Below, one piece after another: positions 45,616 through 55,760 of a stretch of 64,000 nucleotides of DNA. A program made the position numbers and the translations under genes. This stretch comes from Hydrocarboniphaga daqingensis. GTDB lineage: Bacteria; Bacteroidota; Bacteroidia; B-17B0; Aurantibacillaceae. Each line of letters begins with the position of its first letter. The stretch's first letter is position 1. The stretch is from positions 120,321 to 184,320 of the forward strand of contig CALRIU020000004.1 in assembly GCA_943362175.1 (NCBI GenBank). Reading direction: 5' to 3'. The notes beneath the pieces are model-generated. The model saw nothing but the letters and a program-made list of their open reading frames with translations, did no database searches and was not told the origin of the DNA.

Positions 45616-46625
45616 TAGGGTATGGCTCTGAATACAAATCGTTTTAATAAAAATTCAAGCATCAGGCAGATCAAAGCTGCCACGGCCAGGGGCAAAAAGT
45701 GCTCGGCCTTGTTGGTGAAGCTTTTCTCACTGATGATGGTTTTCTCTAACTTATCAATTTCCTTATAGGTGCTTTCCAGGCTTTCCTTATCGGTAGCCCG
45801 GAAGTATTTTCCGCCGGTCATCTTGGCGATTTTGGTCATGGTTTCATCGTCGATGTCCACATCCACATAATCGTATTCAATTTCTCCGTTAGGGTAGAGG
45901 GCCACCGGTTGCAGGGCCTTGCCTTTCGAGCCTACGCCGATGCAGTATACGCGCACTCCAAACGTGCGGGCAATCTCGGCCGCTGTGAGCGGAGCAATCT
46001 CTCCCACGTTATTCACCCCGTCGGAGATTAGGATCACCACCTTGCTTTTGGCCTTGCTATCCTTCACGCGGGCCACGCCATCCGCCAGGCCCAGGCCAAT
46101 GGCCGTTCCCTGGTCGAGCATGCCGGCCTTGATGTCCTTGAACATATTTTTAATAATCTTGTGATCGGTCGTCAACGGGCACTGCGTAAAAGCCTCGCCA
46201 CCGAATACCACCAACCCGATCTTATCGTTAGGACGCGCATCAATAAAATCCGCGAGTACATCTTTGGCCACCTCCAGGCGGTTTGGCTTAAAATCCTTGG
46301 CCAGCATCGACAGGGAAAGATCCAGGCTCACGACGATGTCGATTCCTTCCGTTTTGGTATCTTTCCAGCTGCTGCGCGATTGCGGGCGCGCAATGGCCAG
46401 GATCAGGAAGGAGATACAGAGCATGCGCAGGAAAAAAAGCACGTGCCTGAATTTGGCCCGCAGCGAAGATTTGACACCCGCCAGTAAATGAAACGATGAA
46501 TAATTCAGTTCACCCTCGAAAGTCTTCAGCTTATAGATATACCAGGCCAGCATCACCGGGAGGACGAGGAATAACCAAAACCAGTGTTTTTCTGCAAATT
46601 GTATGTCCGAAAAATAGGATAGCAC
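45615..46625 (-). CDS. batA: VWA domain membrane protein BatA
   Basis: 336 aa. Starts FAEKHWFWLFLVLP, with VWA blocks (IVVSLDLSLSM, VVILISDGVNN) and a C-terminal TM helix. It shares a 1-nt TAATG overlap with batB. Confidence 0.85.
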   Translation of the reverse strand: MLSYFSDIQFAEKHWFWLFLVLPVMLAWYIYKLKTFEGELNYSSFHLLAGVKSSLRAKFRHVLFFLRMLCISFLILAIARPQSRSSWKDTKTEGIDIVVSLDLSLSMLAKDFKPNRLEVAKDVLADFIDARPNDKIGLVVFGGEAFTQCPLTTDHKIIKNMFKDIKAGMLDQGTAIGLGLADGVARVKDSKAKSKVVILISDGVNNVGEIAPLTAAEIARTFGVRVYCIGVGSKGKALQPVALYPNGEIEYDYVDVDIDDETMTKIAKMTGGKYFRATDKESLESTYKEIDKLEKTIISEKSFTNKAEHFLPLAVAALICLMLEFLLKRFVFRAIP

Positions 46626-46631
46626 GATAAT

Positions 46632-47618
46632 CTATAGGGCGTTTTTAGGAGTTTCGTTTGGATTGGTAGCAGCCTCTTCCCTTAAGGTGCCGTTTACAAA
46701 TTCAAAAGCATTGTTCAGGGTAAGCGTATGTTCCGCTTCTATCGGGATCTGTTTCGCAAATTTTACAAAGTCGGAAAGCGTCAGGATCTGGTACAGCCGG
46801 TTCTTGCTTTCCTGGTCTACCACCTGCGATTTGAAAATGTGCAGAATCTCGTCAGAGGTAAGTTCGAGCGCATTGATCTTAAAGCGCTGTTCAATGTATA
46901 ACCTGATGGTATCCGCAATATCCGAGTAATATTCTTTCGTACGGTTTTCTTTCCAGATGGCTTCCGCTTTGATTTTTTCGAGGCTTTCAAAAGCGATCAC
47001 ATGCGGCGGAATTTTCGGTGTGTTATCCACTACAGGCACTTCCGCCGGTTTCCGCTTGCTGAGCTTCACCAGCACAATGATGATCATGATGACCAGGAGG
47101 AGCACGCCTCCGATGGCATAAATGTATGGCAGGTACCACTTCCAGTCGAAAGGCTCATCATAAGGAGGCTTGATGTCTTTGATCTTGGCAAGCGCCGTAT
47201 CCGTAGGCATTGTATTTACTGCGAGTAACAGGGGCTCTGTGAGCAAAGGATTGACAGTATCCTTGTTGAGCGTAAATTTAAAAGGCGGGATCACATAAGC
47301 ACCCGAGTCGAAAGAGGTAATGGTGAGCTGGATGTGCTGCTGGATGACATTGGGATTCGTTTTATCAGGAATCGTGGTGTCGATCTTCGTGATATTCACG
47401 ACTTCGATCTCTTTTTTCAATGTATCCTCAAACTTAGGCCAGTCGATATTGAGGTTCTTCTGGGTCGAGGCATCATAACGCAGGTACACGTCCAGTTTGG
47501 TTTGTTCACCGATGCGGATGCTGTTGGAATCCAGGACGGCATGTACTTCCACCTGGGCCTGGAGCGCGAGCCCGGCCATCAGGGCAAAAAGAAAAAATAT
47601 GTAATGTTTAAGTTTCAT
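46632..47618 (-). CDS. Hypothetical membrane protein of the Bat cluster
   Basis: The start is taken at MKLKHYIFFLFALMAGLALQAQ (complement of 47616-47618). It has one central TM helix (YIYAIGGVLLLVIMIIIVLV) and sits between the DUF58 and batA genes. Confidence 0.65.
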   Translation of the reverse strand: MKLKHYIFFLFALMAGLALQAQVEVHAVLDSNSIRIGEQTKLDVYLRYDASTQKNLNIDWPKFEDTLKKEIEVVNITKIDTTIPDKTNPNVIQQHIQLTITSFDSGAYVIPPFKFTLNKDTVNPLLTEPLLLAVNTMPTDTALAKIKDIKPPYDEPFDWKWYLPYIYAIGGVLLLVIMIIIVLVKLSKRKPAEVPVVDNTPKIPPHVIAFESLEKIKAEAIWKENRTKEYYSDIADTIRLYIEQRFKINALELTSDEILHIFKSQVVDQESKNRLYQILTLSDFVKFAKQIPIEAEHTLTLNNAFEFVNGTLREEAATNPNETPKNAL

Positions 47619-47708
47619 AATTTTGATAGAGGTATTTTTCCTGTCCCTTATGAGCGGGATAAGCACCTTTCAATCCCTTTAGTCTTTCGTCCCTTTGTCT
47701 TCTGTCTG

Positions 47709-48575
47709 TTATCGTTTTTTGAATAAGTTCATCAGCGGCTTGATATAACCTTCCTGCGTATTGATGGTCGTATAATCCACGCCGCTGCGGTTAAAAATAT
47801 CTTTTAGCTCGGCTTCGAATTTCAGGTGGTTGATCTCCATCTGCTTTCGGAAAGCCTTGTCGCTGGTGTCTACCCACATCAGCTTCCCGGTTTCATTGTC
47901 CCTGAGCTTCACCAGGCCAACATCCGGCAGCTTGCTCTCATGAGCGTCGTTTACCCGCAGCGCCACCAGGTCATGTTTCCGGTTGGCCACTTTCATGGCG
48001 TCCGAAAATTTATGAGCATCATAAAAATCGGAAATCAGGAAAGTGATGCTCTTTTTTTTCAGGATGTTGGAAAGGTATTTCAGGGCCAGCTCGATGTTGG
48101 TGCCTTTTTGCTGAGGCTCCATGTTCACCAGCTCGCGGATGATACGCAGGATGTGTGATTTCCCTTTTTTAGGAGGGATGAATTTTTCGATTTTATCGCT
48201 GAAAAAGATAATGCCGATCTTATCATTGTTCTGCGTTGCCGAAAAAGCAATCACCGCGCAGAGCTCCGTGATCAGGTCCTGCTTGAATTGCTTATGCGTG
48301 CCGAACTGTCCGCTCGCACTCACATCCACCACCAGCATCACGCTCAGCTCGCGCTCTTCCTCAAATACTTTCACGTAAGGCGTTCTCAGGCGGGCTGTCA
48401 CGTTCCAGTCGATGGTTCTCACATCATCGCCCGGCGTATATTCGCGCACCTCGCTGAAAGCCATACCGCGCCCTTTAAAAGCCGAATGGTATTCACCGGA
48501 AAAAATCTGGTTGCTTAACCCTTTGGTTTTAATTTCTATTTTCCTTACTTTTTTAAGTAATTCCGCGGTTTCCAC
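47709..48575 (-). CDS. DUF58 domain protein (Bat cluster)
   Basis: 288 aa with the signature GEYHSAFKGRGMAFSEVREYTPGDDVRTIDWNVTARL..PYVKVFEEEREL. Confidence 0.88.
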   Translation of the reverse strand: METAELLKKVRKIEIKTKGLSNQIFSGEYHSAFKGRGMAFSEVREYTPGDDVRTIDWNVTARLRTPYVKVFEEERELSVMLVVDVSASGQFGTHKQFKQDLITELCAVIAFSATQNNDKIGIIFFSDKIEKFIPPKKGKSHILRIIRELVNMEPQQKGTNIELALKYLSNILKKKSITFLISDFYDAHKFSDAMKVANRKHDLVALRVNDAHESKLPDVGLVKLRDNETGKLMWVDTSDKAFRKQMEINHLKFEAELKDIFNRSGVDYTTINTQEGYIKPLMNLFKKR

Positions 48576-48672
48576 TGATAGTTTCTGGTTAAATGTTTCT
48601 TGTTTTTAGAGTGTTAAGTTTAAAGTCGTGCTTTGTCACAACATCAAACATTAAACGATAAACGTGAAACCG

Positions 48673-49665
48673 TTATGGCACTTCAACCACGTTCAGTAAT
48701 TCATTAATGATGTATTCCGTGGTGATGTTTTCGGCTTCGGCTTCGTAGGTGAGGCCAATCCGGTGGCGCATCACATCCAGGCATACGGCGCGCACATCTT
48801 CCGGGATCACGTAGCCCCTGCGCTTGATAAAGGCATAGGCTTTGGCTGCCAGGGCCAGGTTGATACTGGCGCGCGGAGAGCCGCCGTAAGAAATGAGCGG
48901 GGCAAATTTATCCAGCTTGTACTCTTTCGGGAAACGGGTTGCGAACACGATATCGACGATGTAACGCTCGATTTTTTCGTCCATGTACACATCCTTCACC
49001 ACCTCACGGGCTTTCAGCACATCTTCCGGTTTCAGGATGATGTTTGGTTTAGGCATGCCGGTTTTTGAAATATTGGAGGCGATGATTTTACGCTCCTCCT
49101 CCCTGTTCGGGTAGGTAATCACCACTTTCAGCATAAAACGGTCCATCTGGGCCTCAGGCAATGGATACGTACCTTCCTGGTCGATCGGGTTTTGGGTAGC
49201 AAGTACTAAGAACGGATTGGGTAGCTTAAACGTTTCTTCGCCAATGGTGACCTGTTTTTCCTGCATGGCCTCCAGCAAAGCAGATTGTACTTTGGCCGGG
49301 GCACGATTGATCTCATCGGCCAGCACGAAGTTGGCAAAAATAGGGCCTTTGCGGATAGAGAACTGTTCTTGTTTCTGGTTATAGATCATGGTACCGATCA
49401 AATCGGCAGGCAAGAGATCGGGAGTAAACTGGATCCGGCTGAATTGCGCATCAATGCATTTGGCCAGTGTGTTGATAGCCAGGGTTTTTGCCAGCCCCGG
49501 TACACCTTCCAGCAGGATGTGGCCATTGCTTAATAAGCCGATCAGGAGCCTTTCCACCATGTGGCTCTGGCCCACAATTACCTTGTCCATTTCAACAGAA
49601 AGCAGATCAACGAATGCACTTTCACGTTGAATTTTTTCATTCAATTCTTTGATGTCTATTACCAT
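48673..49665 (-). CDS. MoxR-family AAA+ ATPase
   Basis: 330 aa with Walker A (LEGVPGLAKT), Walker B (VLADEINRAPAK), VLATQNP and RFM blocks. Confidence 0.93.
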   Translation of the reverse strand: MVIDIKELNEKIQRESAFVDLLSVEMDKVIVGQSHMVERLLIGLLSNGHILLEGVPGLAKTLAINTLAKCIDAQFSRIQFTPDLLPADLIGTMIYNQKQEQFSIRKGPIFANFVLADEINRAPAKVQSALLEAMQEKQVTIGEETFKLPNPFLVLATQNPIDQEGTYPLPEAQMDRFMLKVVITYPNREEERKIIASNISKTGMPKPNIILKPEDVLKAREVVKDVYMDEKIERYIVDIVFATRFPKEYKLDKFAPLISYGGSPRASINLALAAKAYAFIKRRGYVIPEDVRAVCLDVMRHRIGLTYEAEAENITTEYIINELLNVVEVP

Positions 49666-49687
49666 AAGTGTTTTTTATACAAGCTGC

Positions 49688-49695
49688 ACAAAATT
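49688..49695 (-). promoter_or_regulatory. Candidate -7 box (TAATTTTG on minus strand) for the moxR/Bat operon
   Basis: Plus-strand CAAAATTA lies 23-30 nt upstream of ATG 49665. No canonical -33 was found. Confidence 0.35.
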
Positions 49696-49890
49696 AGCAT
49701 TGACAAGGGCTACAGCGGGTTCAGGCCTGTTAAAATTTGTTAACATTAAAATGTGTTTAACTATTTTTCTGTTATACAGGTTTTCGGCGCTTATTCCCCC
49801 AGAGAGTACACTTATACACCCAGAACCGGCATTTAGTAAATGAGGCGCTCAACCCTGAAATTCCTCTGTAAATTTGGCCTGCACCAACTC

Positions 49891-50211
49891 ATGAAACGAT
49901 TCCTCGTTATATTGCTTTGTTTTTCCCCGTGCCTGTTTTTCAGGCCCGAAGCTGTACATGCTGCGCGCCATCTGGCTTCGCCGGTTAATGGCAGCAACAT
50001 CCCACATAGTGCCGGAGCGGTAGGGGCAGAGGCTCTGAAAGCAGAAAACATATCCGGGCCCGGACTGAAGCAGGAAAACGATATGAAGGTTCACCAGGCG
50101 GCCAGGCCCAAAGAACCCTCTTCGCCCCAGGGCTTTATGGATGCTGAGCTTCTGGCTTTGCTGCTGCTGATTATGGTACTAGGCATGTTGTATACAAATC
50201 CCTCGCGGTAG
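49891..50211 (+). CDS. Doubtful small hypothetical protein (N-terminal signal-like and C-terminal TM-like segments)
   Basis: Reads MKRFLVILLCFSPCLFF...LLALLLLIMVLGMLY. It is the only sizeable ORF in a 704-bp gap, and two antisense ORFs overlap it. No family is recognised. Confidence 0.3.
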   Translation: MKRFLVILLCFSPCLFFRPEAVHAARHLASPVNGSNIPHSAGAVGAEALKAENISGPGLKQENDMKVHQAARPKEPSSPQGFMDAELLALLLLIMVLGMLYTNPSR

Positions 50212-50369
50212 GAGCCTATAGCTTGCGGCATCGGTTTTGGCCGTTCATGGTTCCCGGCCACATAAAGATCATTCCGTACCAGTTATGGTCCGGAAGCCAC
50301 CACTTGTCAAGCGGAATATCCCTTAGTGTACAGAAATCATGAACTTAGGATTAGCCAAAATCCACTATC

Positions 50370-53114
50370 ATGAAAAAACACCTACTTGCTTTATTATGTA
50401 TTCTACAGCTCAGCGGCTTTGCTCAAAACGGTTTTACAACCTACAGCAGCAGTATTGCCCTGAGTATTCCGGTTCCGCGCCCTACGGCTTTGCTGATTGA
50501 TAATGCAGGCAATAAATGGATGGGCCTGAATATGCCCCCCGCATCGAATGTGGCTCTGGCAAAATTTGACAATACCAGCTGGACCTATTACAGCACCACG
50601 TCCACGCCGGCTTTGCCTTCCAACAGCGTTACGGCCCTGGCCAAAGATAATGCCGGCAGTATCTGGATAGGTACCGACAGGGGCCTCGTAAGATTTACAG
50701 GTACTACTTTTATAACCTATACCACACTCGACGGCTTGCCTAGCAATACCATCACCTGCATTGAAACGGTAGCGGGTTCGGTGTACATAGGCACTTCTGC
50801 GGGCTTGTCACGCTTTGACAACGTGAACTTTATAAATTACAATGTGGCCAATGGCAAGCTTCCGGATGATAACATCACGGCCATCAAAGCGGAGAGCGCT
50901 AATGTGATCTGGCTGGGAGGTGTCGACAGGCTGGTAAAATTCAACATCAACAACACCTTTACAACAACGTCGTACCAGGATAATACGATCACACCCAGTT
51001 CCGGGAAGATCAACTGTATCTACATCGACGGGCAGAATAAGAAATGGCTGGCAACGACGACTGTTGGAGTCCTCATGTATTCCGGAGCATCCTTTGTCAA
51101 TGTGGATGATGTGTACCCAACGTTTGGTGGGGGATTGGGGGGAGTGATTTACGATTTGGCAGAAGGACAGAACAATGGCGTAGCGGCAAAAATGGTTGAC
51201 AAATCTACTGGCGCAAGCAGTTACGGTATTATTGAGTTTGCTCCCAATAATAAGGTATATCAATACTTTTACCCTGTCAATAATGTGTGCGGCGATTATC
51301 TTGAAAAAGACGGCGCAAGCTGGTTTATGACGCGACGGTTCACTACCAATGGAAAATTAATGCTGATTGGATTTAACAAGACAAACTATACAAGGCAACT
51401 TGGCGAGATCAATAACCATAATTTTAAGTTCCTGGATGTTAACAATATTAACGCAGCCATAGCCAACCGGGGCGATATGCATTGGGACATGACATCCTAC
51501 GTGAGTACCAGTTTCGGCTTCCCATGTTATGAAGTGCCTAAGGGGAGTGGCAAAAGCTCAAATTTCGTTTCCGCGCTTTGGATCGGTGGCCTCGATAACG
51601 GTAATCAACTTCATGGAGCCGCTCAGACTTACCGGCAGTTTGGAAATGATTTCTGGCCGGGGCCTTTGGATACCTTGTCAGCAATGGTAGATTCTGCTAC
51701 TGCCCGCAACTACGATCAGATCTGGAAGATCAGTTATAGCGAAATCAATGATTTTATTATCAATTTCAATAATGGAAATGTACAGAACGCTACCTATATT
51801 CCTTCCGAGGACCTGGTATCCTGGCCGTCAAAAGGAAGCGGTAACTTCAGCCGCAATTTAGCCCCTTTTGTGGATGTAAATAACAATGGTATTTACGATC
51901 CGCTTACCGGCGGAGACTATCCGAAGATCAAAGGAGATCAGGCGCTCTATTATATCTTTAACGATATGGTGGCTACCAGGAATACCTCCTGTACGCCCAT
52001 GGGTATTGAGGTGCATGCTATGGCTTATGCTTACGGTTGTACAAATACCACTACTGAGAATCCGGCGCTGGCCTATACAACGTTTTATAATTACAAGATC
52101 ATTAACCGCTCGGCGTCGAATTACCATGATGTGTATGTGAGTTTGTGGAATGATGCGGATCTTGGCTATTATGGTGACGACTATGTCGGTACGAATGTAG
52201 CAGGGAATTATGGCTATGTATACAATGCCGATAATTTTGATGAAACCGTGGGGTTTTATCCCGGCTATGGCTCCTATCCTCCGGCACAAGGATTTGCCAT
52301 TGTTAAAGGGCCTTTGGCACCGGTTTTTGACGGGATTGATAATGATAATGACGGTGTGATTGATGAAGCGGGTGAAGAATGTAAATTAAACAGGTTAACC
52401 ACTTTTAAAAATCCATTTCCTGGCGTGCCAGTGGCGGAAACCATGCCTGTTACTTGTACCGAATATTATAATTACTTAACCGGTAAGTGGAAAGACGGAA
52501 CCAACTTTACCTGTGGAGGCTATGGATATGGCGGAAGCACCCTTGCCAAATGGGTCTATCCGGGCGATCCTAACAACCCGGGTATGAGTACGGATCCTGC
52601 CGGTACCTGCGGTTATTGGACGGAAGGAACTGCTGGCAATACGCCCGACGACAGAAGGCTAATCCCGGTTTCAGGACCTTTTAACCTCGGCGCAGGGCAG
52701 ATGACGGAGTTGGAATACGCCTACGTGACGTCCTTTGACAGCACTTCTGTAAGCAATTCGCATCTGCTCGCTGTTAACAAATTAAAAACAGATGTTCAGA
52801 ATATTAACTCTTTCTATAACCTAGCCAATAAGCCTGTCTGCACAGATAATTCGGTTGGTATCAGAACTATTTCTAAAGAAGATCATTTTACGGTATATCC
52901 GAATCCCGCAAAGTCTCTGCTAACCGTGCATTCCACACAGGGTAATGTGAAAACCGTTTATGAACTGGTAGATGTATTAGGAAAACTGGTGCTGAAAGGA
53001 GAGAGCTCTGTCAATGATTTCACCATCCAGGTATCGGATCTGAAACAGGGCATCTACTTCCTGAGGTTGAGCTCCAATGGTCGTATGGCACAGAAAAAAA
53101 TCGTGAAAGAATAG
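50370..53114 (+). CDS. Large secreted protein: N-terminal two-component-regulator-propeller-type repeats, acidic DNDNDG Ca-binding-like motif, T9SS C-terminal sorting domain
   Basis: 914 aa with a signal peptide. Repeats include LPSNSVTALAKDNAGSIWIGTDRGLVRF and LPSNTITCIETVAGSVYIGTSAGLSRF. Also has GIDNDNDGVIDEAGEE. The C-terminus is FTVYPNPAKSLLTVHS...LKQGIYFLRL. Confidence 0.75.
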   Translation: MKKHLLALLCILQLSGFAQNGFTTYSSSIALSIPVPRPTALLIDNAGNKWMGLNMPPASNVALAKFDNTSWTYYSTTSTPALPSNSVTALAKDNAGSIWIGTDRGLVRFTGTTFITYTTLDGLPSNTITCIETVAGSVYIGTSAGLSRFDNVNFINYNVANGKLPDDNITAIKAESANVIWLGGVDRLVKFNINNTFTTTSYQDNTITPSSGKINCIYIDGQNKKWLATTTVGVLMYSGASFVNVDDVYPTFGGGLGGVIYDLAEGQNNGVAAKMVDKSTGASSYGIIEFAPNNKVYQYFYPVNNVCGDYLEKDGASWFMTRRFTTNGKLMLIGFNKTNYTRQLGEINNHNFKFLDVNNINAAIANRGDMHWDMTSYVSTSFGFPCYEVPKGSGKSSNFVSALWIGGLDNGNQLHGAAQTYRQFGNDFWPGPLDTLSAMVDSATARNYDQIWKISYSEINDFIINFNNGNVQNATYIPSEDLVSWPSKGSGNFSRNLAPFVDVNNNGIYDPLTGGDYPKIKGDQALYYIFNDMVATRNTSCTPMGIEVHAMAYAYGCTNTTTENPALAYTTFYNYKIINRSASNYHDVYVSLWNDADLGYYGDDYVGTNVAGNYGYVYNADNFDETVGFYPGYGSYPPAQGFAIVKGPLAPVFDGIDNDNDGVIDEAGEECKLNRLTTFKNPFPGVPVAETMPVTCTEYYNYLTGKWKDGTNFTCGGYGYGGSTLAKWVYPGDPNNPGMSTDPAGTCGYWTEGTAGNTPDDRRLIPVSGPFNLGAGQMTELEYAYVTSFDSTSVSNSHLLAVNKLKTDVQNINSFYNLANKPVCTDNSVGIRTISKEDHFTVYPNPAKSLLTVHSTQGNVKTVYELVDVLGKLVLKGESSVNDFTIQVSDLKQGIYFLRLSSNGRMAQKKIVKE

Positions 53115-53321
53115 TTTATCTTGTTGTCTGTATTTTAGGTTCACTGTCTCCGGCAGGATGATAACCTAACCGTTAGGAAATTTGTGAAAGAATAAGGAAA
53201 CGTTAATACCATGTCATCCCTGCTAAGGGCACGGAAATGCAGATCAAAACGGCATAAGGGAGTACGAGCGATTAGGTGTTTTGAGGGGCTTTTTCTATCT
53301 TTGCGGGATTAAACGACCATT

Positions 53322-54557
53322 ATGATTGCAGAAACAAACTTATCCGCGAAAAGCCAACAATTAATAGATCTGGAAGATAAACACGGTGCCCATAATTACC
53401 ACCCTTTGCCGGTAGTATTGGAACGCGGACAAGGTGTGCATGTATGGGACGTTGATGGAAAACAGTATTACGATTTTCTGTCGGCATACAGTGCTGTGAA
53501 CCAGGGGCACTGCCATCCTAAAATTACACAGACCCTGATCGAGCAATCACAAAAGCTGGCTTTGACATCGAGGGCCTTTCATAATAACATCCTGGGCGAA
53601 TACGAAAAATTCCTGACCGGCTTGTTCGGCTTTGATAAGGTATTGCCGATGAACACAGGCGCCGAAGGCGTGGAAACGGCCATCAAACTGGCACGCAAAT
53701 GGGGCTATGAGAAAAAAGGCGTGGCGGAGAACACGGCTAAAGTCATTGTGTGTGAAGGGAATTTCCACGGAAGAACGATTTCTATTGTATCGGCCAGCAC
53801 GGATCCTGATGCCCGCAAAAACTTCGGGCCTTATACGCCCGGCTATGTGACGATTCCTTACGATAATACCGAAGCGTTGGCAGTAGCCCTGAAAGACCCA
53901 TCGGTAGTCGGTTTCCTCGTGGAGCCGATCCAGGGCGAAGCAGGGGTTTATGTACCTCAGGCAGGTTACCTGAAAACAGCTTCCGAAATGTGTAAAGCAG
54001 CCAATGTGTTGTTCATTGCCGATGAGATCCAGACAGGGATTGCCCGTACGGGTAAGATGCTGGCCTGCGATCACGAGGATGTAAAGCCTGATATGCTCAT
54101 CCTCGGAAAAGCTCTGAGCGGTGGCATGTATCCTGTATCAGCCGTATTGGCCAACGATGAGATCATGATGTGCATTAAACCGGGGCAGCACGGTTCTACC
54201 TACGGCGGAAATCCATTAGGCTGCAAGATTGCCATGACGGCAATGACTGTGGTGAAGGATGAAAAGCTGGCGGAAAATTCAGAGAAACTGGGTGAGCTGT
54301 TGAGAGCGGAGCTTCGCGCCATCACATCCGACAGGATCAGTATAGTGCGTGGCAAAGGCCTTCTGAATGCCATTGTGATTAAAGAAAAAGACGGCATTAC
54401 CGCCTGGGAAGTCTGTTTGAAATTAGCAGAGAATGGCCTGCTTGCCAAACCGACTCATGGCGACATCATTCGTTTTGCGCCTCCATTGGTTATTACCAAA
54501 GAGCAAATCATGGAATGCGCTGCCATCATCAAAAAAACACTGGAATCTTTTAATTAG
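53322..54557 (+). CDS. rocD: Ornithine--oxo-acid aminotransferase
   Basis: 411 aa with [56 protein letters not shown] and ILGKALSGG (PLP Lys). Confidence 0.9.
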   Translation: MIAETNLSAKSQQLIDLEDKHGAHNYHPLPVVLERGQGVHVWDVDGKQYYDFLSAYSAVNQGHCHPKITQTLIEQSQKLALTSRAFHNNILGEYEKFLTGLFGFDKVLPMNTGAEGVETAIKLARKWGYEKKGVAENTAKVIVCEGNFHGRTISIVSASTDPDARKNFGPYTPGYVTIPYDNTEALAVALKDPSVVGFLVEPIQGEAGVYVPQAGYLKTASEMCKAANVLFIADEIQTGIARTGKMLACDHEDVKPDMLILGKALSGGMYPVSAVLANDEIMMCIKPGQHGSTYGGNPLGCKIAMTAMTVVKDEKLAENSEKLGELLRAELRAITSDRISIVRGKGLLNAIVIKEKDGITAWEVCLKLAENGLLAKPTHGDIIRFAPPLVITKEQIMECAAIIKKTLESFN

Positions 54558-54572
54558 AATTCATAAAATGGG

Positions 54573-54598
54573 TCACCCTGAGCGGAGCCGAAGGGTGG
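54573..54598. repeat. Conserved-loop hairpin repeat (TCACCC-TGAGCGGAGCCGAA-GGGTGG)
   Basis: It carries the same 14-nt core as 7276-7289 and lies 16 nt after the rocD stop. A second small hairpin, CCGAA-tcaag-TTCGG, follows about 30 nt downstream. Confidence 0.7.
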
Positions 54599-54655
54599 AC
54601 ATGATGATACAAGAATTGATGAGATTCCGAATCAAGTTCGGGACGACTTATCGGT

Positions 54656-55660
54656 TTACTTATAACCTTCCGGGTACTCCAGTACCGGCATCTTTCCGGC
54701 AAATATATCAGCGTAGAATGTTTTCAGGTAAGGCTTTTGTTGCAGCAGGGGCCTGATGAGGTAATAATTATGCTCCCGCTCCAGTACCTTCGAAAAGCTC
54801 ACATAATGCACGCCCGGTACCAGCGGCTTCTTTACTTTTTCTCCCAGGATATGGCGGAAGAGGGCGAGCCTGGCACCATTCAGGTTGCGGTCGCGCTTAT
54901 TGATCGTAACGAAAATCTGTTTTGAAAAGCTGAGCTTGCTGAGCCAGCTCGCATGCTTCCGCTGAGGCACACAGGCGGCATTCAGGATTACGTTGTCCAC
55001 CAGGCCGGGCTTGATGTTTTTAAAAAGGTCATTCTTGAGATCGTACATCAGCACCAGGTTTCCCATGCTGTGGAACATCAGCGTTGTGATCTTAAATTTT
55101 GACCGGTGCGCTTCTTTGTAGCTTTGGAACTCTTCGAGAAAACGGGCATAAGGCTTCGCTACCTCGCGGGAAACCCTGTACGTCGTCCTGAAATTTTTTC
55201 CCGATGTCATATAAGGCCGTTGTGTTGGCCAGTCGAAAAATAATTCGTCAATGTCGTAAATGCGCTCAAGCCTTGTGGCGCGGTCGATGCCGGAGGTAAA
55301 GGTTTTTCCAAGGCCTTCGGTGAAGATCACAAAATGTTTGAAGCCTGTTTTAAGATCCAGCAAGGCTTCGAGGTCGGAGTAGGGAACAGCCGTCCATTGG
55401 CTGCCCCGGAAATAAACGGCGAAATATTTCAGCGTGCCCGTCGTATCATAATCGTAATCCACAAATTCTTTCAGCGTGTCGTTGTAGTGGCGGGTCGATA
55501 CCACAAAGACGCAGGTGTCTTCTTTGTTAGCCCGGTAATTTTTATTCAAGGTCATTTTACTCCAGTCGCATCCCGAATAGCCGGCAGGAATGGTGTTTGT
55601 GCCCTGGGAAAACAGCAGGCCAACACTTAAAAGAAATGCAATCAGGTAAAAGCCCTTCAT
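54656..55660 (-). CDS. Secreted alpha/beta-hydrolase-fold protein (DUF900-like, HSMG nucleophile elbow)
   Basis: 334 aa with a signal peptide and a FHSMGN motif in a position consistent with a serine hydrolase elbow. The family call is tentative. Confidence 0.55.
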   Translation of the reverse strand: MKGFYLIAFLLSVGLLFSQGTNTIPAGYSGCDWSKMTLNKNYRANKEDTCVFVVSTRHYNDTLKEFVDYDYDTTGTLKYFAVYFRGSQWTAVPYSDLEALLDLKTGFKHFVIFTEGLGKTFTSGIDRATRLERIYDIDELFFDWPTQRPYMTSGKNFRTTYRVSREVAKPYARFLEEFQSYKEAHRSKFKITTLMFHSMGNLVLMYDLKNDLFKNIKPGLVDNVILNAACVPQRKHASWLSKLSFSKQIFVTINKRDRNLNGARLALFRHILGEKVKKPLVPGVHYVSFSKVLEREHNYYLIRPLLQQKPYLKTFYADIFAGKMPVLEYPEGYK

Positions 55661-55760
55661 AAAATGATGTTGAATTGAAATGGTTTTTGTTGTAGAAAAT
55701 TATATTTTAATCCGTGTATAAAAAAATGTTTATATTAGTTTAACAATTTACAGAAATTTT

